Positions 7,897 to 17,065 of a DNA stretch of 20,000 nucleotides are shown one piece after another (position 1 is the stretch's first letter; every line of letters starts with the position of its first letter). This stretch comes from an uncultured virus (IMG/VR IMGVR_UViG_3300016476_000523) (taxonomy: Duplodnaviria; Heunggongvirae; Uroviricota; Caudoviricetes). The stretch is from positions 55,588 through 75,587 of IMG/VR virus record IMGVR_UViG_3300016476_000523; one strand, written 5' to 3'. The translations under genes were made by a program, and so were the position numbers. The notes under the pieces were generated by a model, which made no database searches, was not told where the DNA came from, and was given only the letters and a program-made list of their open reading frames with translations.

Positions 7897-8529
7897 ATGA
7901 AAAAAGTACTGATAGCTACGCCATGCCTCGACCAAAAAGTAGACGCATATTATGTTCACAGTTTATGTGAATCAATCAAACTTGGTAAAGAACATGACTT
8001 TGATATAAATGTTGTGTTCTTGGCCAACGAAAGTATTTTGCCAATGGCAAGAAACGAACTATTTAATTTAGCATATCACCAAAGTTACGATATCATGGTG
8101 TTTATTGATGACGATGAATATTGGGATGCTAAAGCACTTGTTGAGATATTATTGTCTGAACGCAGTGTAGTTACTATTCCAGTAGTAAACAAAACTGATA
8201 AACAAACAAAGTTTAATGTTGATCTTGAAAGTAAAAACATAGATGCTTATGGATACGCACAAGCCAAAACAACAGGAACTGGATTCTTAAAAATCACACG
8301 CGAAGTTTTTACAAAACTATGGGAATCGAATCCAGAACTTGAGTTTAGAGGCAAAAAACTAAAGAATATTTGTGAATATACTATGAGTAACGGCAGCTTT
8401 GTAGGTGAAGATATCACACTGTCTAAAAAGATCACTGAACTTGGTTACAAAATTTGGGTATACACTAATCACACTGTATCACACATTGGTAACAAAATGT
8501 ACGTGGGTGATTTTACAAAAACACTATGA
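7897..8529 (+). CDS. GT-A fold (GT2-like) glycosyltransferase
   Basis: Start reassigned from TTG7873 to ATG7897 (MKKVLIATP). Motifs ARN.L, VFIDDD (DxD), GTGFLKI.R.VF, GEDI and H.G. Confidence 0.8.
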   Translation: MKKVLIATPCLDQKVDAYYVHSLCESIKLGKEHDFDINVVFLANESILPMARNELFNLAYHQSYDIMVFIDDDEYWDAKALVEILLSERSVVTIPVVNKTDKQTKFNVDLESKNIDAYGYAQAKTTGTGFLKITREVFTKLWESNPELEFRGKKLKNICEYTMSNGSFVGEDITLSKKITELGYKIWVYTNHTVSHIGNKMYVGDFTKTL

Positions 8530-9788
8530 TTGATATCGTTATTCCTACAATGTGGAAAGCATCCAATGTTGCTGAAAACATTGCAGGCTATGTTCAATCA
8601 CCCTACGTCAACAAAGTTATCATTATCGATAATAACAAACAACAAAGACCGCAGCATGAAATATTCAATCACGCAAAAGTTGAATTAGTATGCTATAACA
8701 AAAACATTTATGTTAATCCAGCTTGGAACGAAGGTTACAAGCGTTCAACACAATTAATTATTGGAATAATCAACGACGATATTATAATATCAAATGATAT
8801 ATTTGAATTGATTGCTCACACTGATTTTACTGACATAGACATTATAGGTGTAAATTTACGATCAGGTAAAGACAACTATACTATTGGTGATTTTAATAAC
8901 ACAGACAAGATCGTAAAATTAAACTATGACAAAACTAAACCAATTGGCGGTCAAGCTTGGGCCTTTGGTATTTGTATGTTTATCAAACGCGAGTCATATC
9001 ATGAGATACCCAGCCTTTATCAAATTTGGTACGGTGATGATTACTTAGTTCAACATGTTGATAATGTGTATGTGTTAATGACAAACAAGATAAAAGGTGT
9101 AATATCAAAAACCTTAGTTGAACTAGAACACAATCAAGAAATACTCAAGCGCATCGAATTAGATTCTACTAACGCATACAACTATGATCATTTTATCAAT
9201 GGTAAGAATTGGGACATACTTAAACACAAGATGACGAAAACAATAGATATTTTTGAATCAGAGTATCAAAAAGCCAGAACCACTACCAGCGACATAAACC
9301 AAAATGTTCATATATTGTACGAACTAGCAAAGGAGTGTGATCATATAACAGAAATGGGTGTAAGAACTGGTGTAAGTACACGCGCATTTTTAAATACCCG
9401 TTCTACTTTAATTTCATATGATATTGTGTTAAATTCAAATGTACAGCAGTTGTTTAATTACGCAAAAGCACAGGGCAAAGATGTACAGTACATAAAAGCA
9501 GACGTTTTGCAGATCACAATTGACCCAACTGATTTACTATTCATCGACACGTATCATGTCTATGGGCAACTAAAAAAAGAATTGGAACTGCACGCCAGCA
9601 AAGCAAGAAAGTATATTGCGTTTCATGATACATATACCTTTGGACTAACGGGCGAAAATAACAACGATAAAAATGGACTGTTAACAGCAATTATAGAATT
9701 CTTGATCGAAAACCCACATTGGCAGTTTAAGTTTCATACCAATAGAAATAATGGGTTGACTGTGCTTGAACGTAAATACACATCATAA
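8526..9788 (+). CDS. GT2 glycosyltransferase fused to a class I SAM methyltransferase (Methyltransf_24-like)
   Basis: N-terminal half: IVIPT, IIIDN, NPAWN.G, INDDI, YGDD. C-terminal half: EMGVRTGVST, DLLFIDTYH, IAFHDT, NNGLTVL. ATGA overlap with the upstream gene. Confidence 0.8.
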   Translation: MIDIVIPTMWKASNVAENIAGYVQSPYVNKVIIIDNNKQQRPQHEIFNHAKVELVCYNKNIYVNPAWNEGYKRSTQLIIGIINDDIIISNDIFELIAHTDFTDIDIIGVNLRSGKDNYTIGDFNNTDKIVKLNYDKTKPIGGQAWAFGICMFIKRESYHEIPSLYQIWYGDDYLVQHVDNVYVLMTNKIKGVISKTLVELEHNQEILKRIELDSTNAYNYDHFINGKNWDILKHKMTKTIDIFESEYQKARTTTSDINQNVHILYELAKECDHITEMGVRTGVSTRAFLNTRSTLISYDIVLNSNVQQLFNYAKAQGKDVQYIKADVLQITIDPTDLLFIDTYHVYGQLKKELELHASKARKYIAFHDTYTFGLTGENNNDKNGLLTAIIEFLIENPHWQFKFHTNRNNGLTVLERKYTS

Positions 9789-9800
9789 CCAGGAAACAAA

Positions 9801-10703
9801 ATGAAAAAATTCAGTATATTCCATGTCCAGGGTGGAATAGGTAAACACGTTGCAGCAACAGCAGTTGCTAAAACTATCAAAAATAACTATCCAGATCGTA
9901 GACTAATAGTAGTTTGCGCCTATCCAGATATCTTTATCAACTTGCCCTATGTAGATCGTGTATTTCAAATAGGCAATACATCGTATTTTTATCAAGAATA
10001 CGTACAAGATAAAGACTCTATCTTATTCCATCATGAACCTTATTACACCACTGACCACATACATAAGCGTAAGCAGTTGTTAGATACTTGGTGTGACATG
10101 TATGGGCTAAAACGATCTAACGAGAAACCTGATGTTAGATTCAACAAATTACAATATGAAGTATCTAAGGGTGTTTGGAAGCGAAGCAAACCCACTATGA
10201 TCATTCACACTAACGGTGGAATGATGACAACAAACGCTAAGCCATATTCTTGGACTAGAGATATGCCACAAGATATCGCACAAGAATTAGTAGATCATTA
10301 CAAAAAAGATTATCACATCTTTCAGATTACAAAAGTAAACAGTCCAAAACTTGACGGCGCAGAACATATCTTTGCCACTCCAGAATTTTCATTAAGCTTA
10401 ATGGAATTCTTTAGTTTGTTATTACACTCTAGAAAAAGAATATTGATTGATTCTTGTGTACAACACGCAGCAGCAGCACTAAAGCTACCATCTACTGTAC
10501 TATGGATTGGTACTAGTCCTAAAGTCTTTGGGTATGATATGCACGACAACATAGTAACTGATATACCTTATGATTTTAAATTACCGGGTAGTTATTTGTT
10601 TGATTTCGACTTTAACGGAAACGAAGTAGAATATCCGTTTGACATGGACACTAAACTGTTCGATATAAATAAGATCATTGAATCAGTCAATAGACAAAGG
10701 TAA
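9801..10703 (+). CDS. GT-B fold glycosyltransferase, GT9 (heptosyltransferase)-like
   Basis: N-terminal GGIGKH..AT.....IK..YPD, NLPYVD, and C-terminal IDSCVQHAAAALKLPSTVLW.GTSP..FGY. AGGA SD. Confidence 0.75.
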   Translation: MKKFSIFHVQGGIGKHVAATAVAKTIKNNYPDRRLIVVCAYPDIFINLPYVDRVFQIGNTSYFYQEYVQDKDSILFHHEPYYTTDHIHKRKQLLDTWCDMYGLKRSNEKPDVRFNKLQYEVSKGVWKRSKPTMIIHTNGGMMTTNAKPYSWTRDMPQDIAQELVDHYKKDYHIFQITKVNSPKLDGAEHIFATPEFSLSLMEFFSLLLHSRKRILIDSCVQHAAAALKLPSTVLWIGTSPKVFGYDMHDNIVTDIPYDFKLPGSYLFDFDFNGNEVEYPFDMDTKLFDINKIIESVNRQR

Positions 10704-10706
10704 ATT

Positions 10707-11675
10707 ATGAAAGATATTATTAAAGAAGTTATCAGAGAAGAACTATTAAAGACGCAACAAAAAGCATATTATTTTATGGCAGGATTGCCCAGATCAGGTA
10801 GCACTCTATTGTCTGCTATCTTAAATCAGAATCCCCGAATCCATTCAGGTCCAAGTTCCCCTGTTACAAGCATTATGCTTACTCTAGAAGACGCTATTGC
10901 AAATGACGAGTTGTTTAGAGCATATCCTAAGCCACAACAAGCAGGTGAAATCATTGCAAATGTAATTAAGCATTATTACAGCGATGTTGATAAGCCTGTT
11001 ATCATCGACAAGAACCGATCTTGGGTAAACAGAATGCATTACATTCCTGGTTACTTTGGTATAGAGCCAAAGATTATTTGTCCAGTAAGAAACATTGATG
11101 AAATCTTGGCTTCATTTATTGCTATGCACAAACGCAATCCTGTTGACGCCAATGGTAGAATCAATTTTATTGATGAAATGCTAGTAAAAACAAACACACC
11201 TCTTACCGACGACAATCGCTGTGAATTTTTAGCTAGCCCTAATGGCATCTTGGGACAAAGTGTAGCTGGTATCAGACAAGCATTAATGGAAGGTAGACAA
11301 AGACAAATTCACTTTGTAGAGTATGACGACTTGATTAATCACCCACAAGAAACTATGCGAAAGCTTTATGACTTCTTGGGTGAAGAATATTTCGAGCACG
11401 ATTTTACTAACTTAGTAAATCAACACAAAGAAGATGATAGCAGTGTGTATGGATTTGCTGATATGCACGATGTAAGAGAAACACTAGAAAAGAAATCAAT
11501 CGACCCAAGAGAGATTTTATCGCCTGCTATTTTAGAAAGATGTGTTGGTTCTGAATTCTGGCGAAACTTGGAAGATTATGAAATGTCTGATTCTAATGAA
11601 CAAGGGTTCGTCGCCGCACAACAAACTACTTCTCCAGAAGAAAACACTAATCCAACTACTATTATAGGAGCATAA
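10707..11675 (+). CDS. PAPS-dependent sulfotransferase (Sulfotransfer_3-like)
   Basis: 5'-PSB loop GLPRSGSTLL..IL.QNP, DKNRSW, 3'-PB motif VRNIDEILASF, and VEYDDL...P.ETMRKLYDFLG. Confidence 0.85.
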   Translation: MKDIIKEVIREELLKTQQKAYYFMAGLPRSGSTLLSAILNQNPRIHSGPSSPVTSIMLTLEDAIANDELFRAYPKPQQAGEIIANVIKHYYSDVDKPVIIDKNRSWVNRMHYIPGYFGIEPKIICPVRNIDEILASFIAMHKRNPVDANGRINFIDEMLVKTNTPLTDDNRCEFLASPNGILGQSVAGIRQALMEGRQRQIHFVEYDDLINHPQETMRKLYDFLGEEYFEHDFTNLVNQHKEDDSSVYGFADMHDVRETLEKKSIDPREILSPAILERCVGSEFWRNLEDYEMSDSNEQGFVAAQQTTSPEENTNPTTIIGA

Positions 11676-11677
11676 AA

Positions 11678-11935
11678 ATGAGCATGACACAAGAAGAGAT
11701 TCAAGGAACAATTAGAGCAGCTAGAGATTCCGTATGGGTAGTTAATGACAGTCTAGAAAAACTAACCAACGGTGCAGAACCAACAGACGAAATCAGAAGT
11801 AACATTGACCGCAATGTATCGCATCTTAAACTGGTAGTAGGTAATCCTGAAATTACAAACTCAAGTGAAGACATTAGTGATCTTTATCAAGCAATCACTG
11901 CGGGCGAAGCTAAACTAGCAGAACTCAATCAGTAA
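11678..11935 (+). CDS. Small acidic, probably helical hypothetical protein
   Basis: 85-aa ORF that fills the gap between two genes exactly. AGGAG SD about 7 nt upstream. Confidence 0.7.
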   Translation: MSMTQEEIQGTIRAARDSVWVVNDSLEKLTNGAEPTDEIRSNIDRNVSHLKLVVGNPEITNSSEDISDLYQAITAGEAKLAELNQ

Positions 11936-11945
11936 TTATTATTGA

Positions 11946-12839
11946 ATGAATATACTTTTAATAGGTGGTAATGGTTACATCGGATCAAAGTTTTACCACT
12001 TGTATAAGAATGAGCATACAATAACATCTATTGATTTGTGTTTGTTTCATAGCAATCTTGGGTATTCAACTGAGATAAACTATAATGAAATTGACATTGA
12101 TCAATACGATGTTATTGTATGTTTAGCAGGACATAGCAGTGTACCAATGTGTGAGTATTCTCCTAAAAATTCGTGGCAGAATAATGTAACCTATTTCCAC
12201 AACTTGTGTAGTAAAATAACAAATCAAAAACTTATCTATGCATCAAGTGCAAGCGTATACGGTAAGACTGTTGGTATTTCAACCGAAAGTTCTGATATTA
12301 ACTTTAATGTTATAAACCATTATGACCTTCAAAAAATTACGATAGACTTGATTGCAAATAAGTATATCAATGAAGGAAAAAACATAATTGGATTGCGGTT
12401 TGGTACAGTAAACGGCGCATCAATAAACGCTAGAAGTGACTTAATGATTAATTCAATGGTTAAGTCGGCTATTGAAACTAATCAAGTACACGCAAAAAAC
12501 CTACATATTCGCAGGGCGATACTAGGTATAAACGATGCGTGTAGAGCTATAGCCAAGATCGCAACTACTAATATAAATCCTGGACAATATAACTTAGCAT
12601 CTTTTAACTCAACAGTGGGTGATATAGCAAATACTGTTTGTAATATACTAGGGGCAGAACTAGTAACGCATCCAGATGATTTATTCGTTTATGATTTTGA
12701 GTTGGATACAAGCCAATTCACGAACAGTACCGGTTTCTTATTTACTGACACAATACCCTCGTTGATTGAGGAGCTTAAAACAAATTATAATGGTATCAAT
12801 TTTGAAACAAGAACACACGACAAACGATTTACTATATAA
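11946..12839 (+). CDS. NAD-dependent epimerase/dehydratase (extended SDR)
   Basis: GGNGYIGS Rossmann motif, YASSASVYG, catalytic YDLQK (YxxxK), LRFGTVNG. Confidence 0.85.
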   Translation: MNILLIGGNGYIGSKFYHLYKNEHTITSIDLCLFHSNLGYSTEINYNEIDIDQYDVIVCLAGHSSVPMCEYSPKNSWQNNVTYFHNLCSKITNQKLIYASSASVYGKTVGISTESSDINFNVINHYDLQKITIDLIANKYINEGKNIIGLRFGTVNGASINARSDLMINSMVKSAIETNQVHAKNLHIRRAILGINDACRAIAKIATTNINPGQYNLASFNSTVGDIANTVCNILGAELVTHPDDLFVYDFELDTSQFTNSTGFLFTDTIPSLIEELKTNYNGINFETRTHDKRFTI

Positions 12840-14019
12840 AGAATTACTGCAATGCTTGTGTTGCGGTAGCGATGAACTAACAACAGTCTTAGATTTAAAA
12901 AATCAGCCATTGGCAAACTCATATGTAAAAGATAAAGATAGCATAGAAGAGTATTTCCCGTTAGCATTAAATTATTGCGCGGATTGTACACATCTACAGC
13001 TCACACATGCAGTCAATCCAGACTTATTATTCAAAAATTATCTGTATGTTAGTGGTACTACTCAGACCTTGCGCGACTACTTTGATTATTTTGTAAAAAT
13101 TACAGAAAGGTATTTTGAAAAGAAACAATTATCAGTGTTAGATATTGCATGTAATGACGGATCTCAACTAGACTCTTACAAGAAGTCTAATCACATTACT
13201 TATGGTATTGATCCTGCTACTAACTTATACGAGCTAAGTAGTAAGAATCATAAGGTTGTATGTGACTATTTTACGGAAGATTCGGTGTTAAAACTAAATG
13301 CTAAGTTTGATATGATAGTAGCCCAAAATGTATTTGCACATAATTCATACCCTAAAGAGTTTTTAGAAGTTTGTAAGAGTTATTTGAATGACACTGGAAA
13401 AATATTTATACAAACCAGTCAAGCAAATATGGTTGAGTATGGACAGTTTGATACGATATATCACGAGCATATTTCATTTTTTAATTTAAACTCTATGGCT
13501 ACATTAGCTAAGCGATCAAGTTTATATTTACATGATACATTCAAAACAGATATTCACGGAACTAGTTATGTCTTTGTTTTAACTGATGACCCAGCACTAG
13601 ACAGAACTAATGAGTTATTGTCTACTGAAAAGTTACAAACACTTGAGATAGTAAACAGATTTGCGTCCTTATCACTTAAAGTAGTTGATGATTTAAAAAA
13701 CGAGTTGGCTAAACACAAAGATTCATTAATAATTGGTTATGGGGCAGCAGCCAAAGGTAATACATTGTTAAATTTTGGTGAAATAGACTTAGACTATATA
13801 ATTGACGACAATCCTTTAAAGCAAAATTTATATACACCGGGTAAAAAGATAAAAATTATTTCACTAGATGAAGTAGAAAAATTGGGAAGTAAACCTATAA
13901 TATATGTACCGTTATCTTGGAACTTTTTTACCGAAATAAAAACCAGAGTAAAAAACAAGTATCCAGGACCTGCAACATTTATTAAATATTTTCCCTCTTT
14001 AGAGATAATCAAAGAATGA
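12790..14019 (+). CDS. NDP-hexose C-methyltransferase family protein (Zn-binding N-domain, SAM domain, C-terminal domain)
   Basis: CLCCGS...QPLANSY...CADCTHLQL zinc site, LDIACNDG, QNVFAH, YHEHISFF, HGTS, GYGAAAKGNTLLN, DDNPLKQ. The start is uncertain (TTG12766, ATG12790 or near 12817). Confidence 0.85.
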   Translation: MVSILKQEHTTNDLLYKELLQCLCCGSDELTTVLDLKNQPLANSYVKDKDSIEEYFPLALNYCADCTHLQLTHAVNPDLLFKNYLYVSGTTQTLRDYFDYFVKITERYFEKKQLSVLDIACNDGSQLDSYKKSNHITYGIDPATNLYELSSKNHKVVCDYFTEDSVLKLNAKFDMIVAQNVFAHNSYPKEFLEVCKSYLNDTGKIFIQTSQANMVEYGQFDTIYHEHISFFNLNSMATLAKRSSLYLHDTFKTDIHGTSYVFVLTDDPALDRTNELLSTEKLQTLEIVNRFASLSLKVVDDLKNELAKHKDSLIIGYGAAAKGNTLLNFGEIDLDYIIDDNPLKQNLYTPGKKIKIISLDEVEKLGSKPIIYVPLSWNFFTEIKTRVKNKYPGPATFIKYFPSLEIIKE

Positions 14020-14765
14020 GAACAGTCCTAACGCATTTCTATAACGAAGAGTATTTGTTACCCATATGGCTAGAACACCATAAGAAAATATTTGACTTTG
14101 GTATATTAATTGACTACAATAGTACAGACCGTAGTGTAGAAATATGTAAAAGTATATGTCCTCATTGGCAAGTTTTTCCATCTATGAATGAATACTTTGA
14201 AGCACATTCAAACGATTCGGAGATAGAATTTTATGAGAGACAGTTGCCGGGCTATAGAATCGCATTGACTACTACTGAATTCTTAGTCGGAGATTTGGAT
14301 AAGTTAACATTAGACACTAGAGCTAGAGTTCAGTGGTATATACCAGGAATTAGATTTACTGAATGGGATCCAGATGGATCATTAGATACTAGCAAGCCCT
14401 TATGGGAACAACTGCGTAATGGAATTGATTACAGAAAAGATGTAACTGCTAATCAGTGTAGAAGTTATCATAATTTTAATGATATAAAATACACAACAGG
14501 TAGACACTATCTTCCGTATAACACAGAAGATTGTTTGATTTTCCATTATTCACATTGTATCGTAGGAAAACCAATGCTAGATCGCAGACTACAAATTCAA
14601 ACTAGAATAGGGCAAGGCGACAAAGATAAAGGGTTAGGATCACATCATTATGTTGATAGTGATGGGTTGACTATCGAAAAACTTGAACAAATGCAAAAGA
14701 CATGGTTAAGTGTCGATTCAGAAGATTTGTCTGAGATTATCGATATGATAGTTAAAAATAAATGA
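14016..14765 (+). CDS. GT2-like glycosyltransferase (Glyco_tranf_2_4-like) with a degenerate DxD
   Basis: HFYNEEYLLPIWLEHH...ILIDYNSTDRS N-terminus, GRH, IFHY. LTTTEFL stands where LDxDEF is expected. Confidence 0.7.
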   Translation: MRTVLTHFYNEEYLLPIWLEHHKKIFDFGILIDYNSTDRSVEICKSICPHWQVFPSMNEYFEAHSNDSEIEFYERQLPGYRIALTTTEFLVGDLDKLTLDTRARVQWYIPGIRFTEWDPDGSLDTSKPLWEQLRNGIDYRKDVTANQCRSYHNFNDIKYTTGRHYLPYNTEDCLIFHYSHCIVGKPMLDRRLQIQTRIGQGDKDKGLGSHHYVDSDGLTIEKLEQMQKTWLSVDSEDLSEIIDMIVKNK

Positions 14766-14772
14766 GTAAAAT

Positions 14773-16071
14773 ATGAAATATAGTATAGTAATACCAACTT
14801 ACAATCATTGCGATGATTTGTTAAAACCCTGCATAGAAAGTATTTTTAAATATACTAATATGCGTGATGTAGAACTTGTTATCAGCGCCAATGGGTGTAA
14901 GGATAATACCAAAGAATACTTAAACGGTCTACAAGATAAATTTAAGGAAATTGGTTTTGAAGAAAATTTAAAAGTAGTGTGGCATGATGATCCTCTTGGA
15001 TACTCACGAGCAACAAATGCAGGTATTCAAAAAGCTACTACTGATTATATTGTGTTGTTAAACAATGACACTGTGCTTTTGCCTCAATATAAAGACCTTT
15101 GGCTAGATATGCTCACTACGCCTTTTATGAAAAATACAAGATGTGGTATAAGCTGTGTTATAAAAGGCCCAAGTGAACCTGCTGGTAAAGATTTTGCTAT
15201 ATTCTTTTGTGTAATGATCCATCGAAAAGTTTTCAACAAGATAGGTTTATTGAACGAAGAGTATGGTGTAGGAGGCGGCGAAGATACCGAGTTCTGTATT
15301 GAAGCTGAACGAGCTGGTTTTGAAGTATGTCAGTGTATGGATATCAACTGGTCAGAAAAGTCTAGTATGTACACTGGTAGCTTTCCTATATACCATAAAG
15401 GTGAAGGAACGATGCATGATTCCAATTTAGTTCCAGAATGGAATGATATCTTTTTGGCCAACTCACTCAAGCTTGCTAAAAAGTATAACTACGAGTGGTA
15501 TCGATGGAGATTGAGTAATTATTGGGAACGCGCGGTGTTTTTACAAGGCGATCCTGTATTCCCTAGAGAGACTACTAGATATGAATGGGCTTCCGAGAAT
15601 CTATTAGGAACTAAGTTGTTTGAACTTGGTTGTAGTTCTGGTTATGGTGTGCAATTTTTCCCTGAAAATATCGACTATACTGGATTAGACTACGACAAAT
15701 TTATTATTCAAGCAGCTAAAGAACAAGATTGGAAACGTAAGACTTCTTTCATAAATGCTGACATTAATACATATGAACTAGATCAGTATGATACGATTGT
15801 TGCATTTGAAGTTATTGAACACTTGGATAATGGGTTAGAAGTTGTGGAAAAACTAAAACAACATTGTAAACGTCTAATCATATCAGTGCCTATGTTGGAG
15901 CCTCCGGGTTTCTGGGGTCCTCATCATAAACTGCATATGCTCGATGAATCTTTCTTTCCTGGATTTAAATTCAAGTATATCAACGAAGCAGGTGCATTAT
16001 TAGACGAACCAGAAAACAGAGGCGATTTAAAAACTATAAATCTAATGTTATGTATTTGGGACAAAGAGTAA
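14773..16071 (+). CDS. GT2 glycosyltransferase fused to a class I SAM methyltransferase
   Basis: N-terminal half: YSIVIPTYN, GYSRATNAG, VLLNNDT, GGEDTEF, YHKG. C-terminal half: RYEWA, ELGCSSGYG, GLD, FEVIEHL, ISVP. Confidence 0.85.
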   Translation: MKYSIVIPTYNHCDDLLKPCIESIFKYTNMRDVELVISANGCKDNTKEYLNGLQDKFKEIGFEENLKVVWHDDPLGYSRATNAGIQKATTDYIVLLNNDTVLLPQYKDLWLDMLTTPFMKNTRCGISCVIKGPSEPAGKDFAIFFCVMIHRKVFNKIGLLNEEYGVGGGEDTEFCIEAERAGFEVCQCMDINWSEKSSMYTGSFPIYHKGEGTMHDSNLVPEWNDIFLANSLKLAKKYNYEWYRWRLSNYWERAVFLQGDPVFPRETTRYEWASENLLGTKLFELGCSSGYGVQFFPENIDYTGLDYDKFIIQAAKEQDWKRKTSFINADINTYELDQYDTIVAFEVIEHLDNGLEVVEKLKQHCKRLIISVPMLEPPGFWGPHHKLHMLDESFFPGFKFKYINEAGALLDEPENRGDLKTINLMLCIWDKE

Positions 16072-16074
16072 CAA

Positions 16075-17061
16075 ATGAAAAAGATATTCTGTTCAATTTC
16101 GACCAAAGGCAGATATCACACATTCTTGCCTATAGCAATTCAAGCTATTATAAATCAAACTAGAAAAGTTGATTTACTTGTTATTTACGATGACAACACT
16201 GAACCAGAAGATGTTCGTAAATTTCCTGTATATCAACAACTGTTTAGATTAATGGATTTAAAAGGTATCAAGTGGGAGTGGCAGTTCGCTCAAAAGAAAG
16301 GTCAACACTATAATCATCAGATGGCAAACGAACGCGCCGCTAGAGAAGGATATGATTATGTATGGCGTGTAGACGATGATAACATGCCAGAGCCCCAAGT
16401 TCTAGAAAAACTAGAAGAAGCTATGTACTTACATCCAACTGCTGCCGCAGTGGGCGGAGCCATACTAACGCCTGAATGGGACACTACTCCAAGAAGCGCA
16501 ACAGGTAAAATAGAAGACATTGATCGAGAACCTAATATCCAATGGGGCTATATTAGAAAAGTAAAACAAGTAGAACATTTACACTGTTCGTTCTTGTATA
16601 AAGCAGGTATATATGACTATAATCTAGCTCTTTCTAAAGTAGCACACAGAGAAGAAACTTTATTCACCTATGGTTTACATAAATTGGGCTACGATCTTTT
16701 TGTTATCCCATACGCAACTACATGGCATTTTAAGTCAGAAGGTGGTATCAGAACTACAAACAACAAAGATTTATACGACCATGACGAATACATCTTTAGA
16801 AACTTTTTAGAGCATAAGGATAAAACAATCGTAGTACTAGACTGTGGTATGGGTGATCATATTGTTTTCAAACATGTGTTGCCTTCGATTAAGAACCCCA
16901 TAGTATATTCATGCTACCCTGATATCGTACCTGGTAAGAGCATACAAGAAGCTAAGAACACATTTGGCGATATTGATCATTGGAACATTTATAAAAAGAT
17001 GGATCAGTGGCAATGGAAAGAAAGTTTAGAAAAAGCATTTAGAAATTTGTACAGAGTTTAA
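16075..17061 (+). CDS. GT2-like glycosyltransferase with a C-terminal GT9-like N-lobe fragment
   Basis: VIYDD, WRVDDD (DxD), HREET, WH....GGIR. The last ~85 aa begin TIVVLDCGMGDHIVFKHVLP, which resembles a GT9 N-terminus (GxGD). Confidence 0.75.
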   Translation: MKKIFCSISTKGRYHTFLPIAIQAIINQTRKVDLLVIYDDNTEPEDVRKFPVYQQLFRLMDLKGIKWEWQFAQKKGQHYNHQMANERAAREGYDYVWRVDDDNMPEPQVLEKLEEAMYLHPTAAAVGGAILTPEWDTTPRSATGKIEDIDREPNIQWGYIRKVKQVEHLHCSFLYKAGIYDYNLALSKVAHREETLFTYGLHKLGYDLFVIPYATTWHFKSEGGIRTTNNKDLYDHDEYIFRNFLEHKDKTIVVLDCGMGDHIVFKHVLPSIKNPIVYSCYPDIVPGKSIQEAKNTFGDIDHWNIYKKMDQWQWKESLEKAFRNLYRV

Positions 17062-17065
17062 AGTT

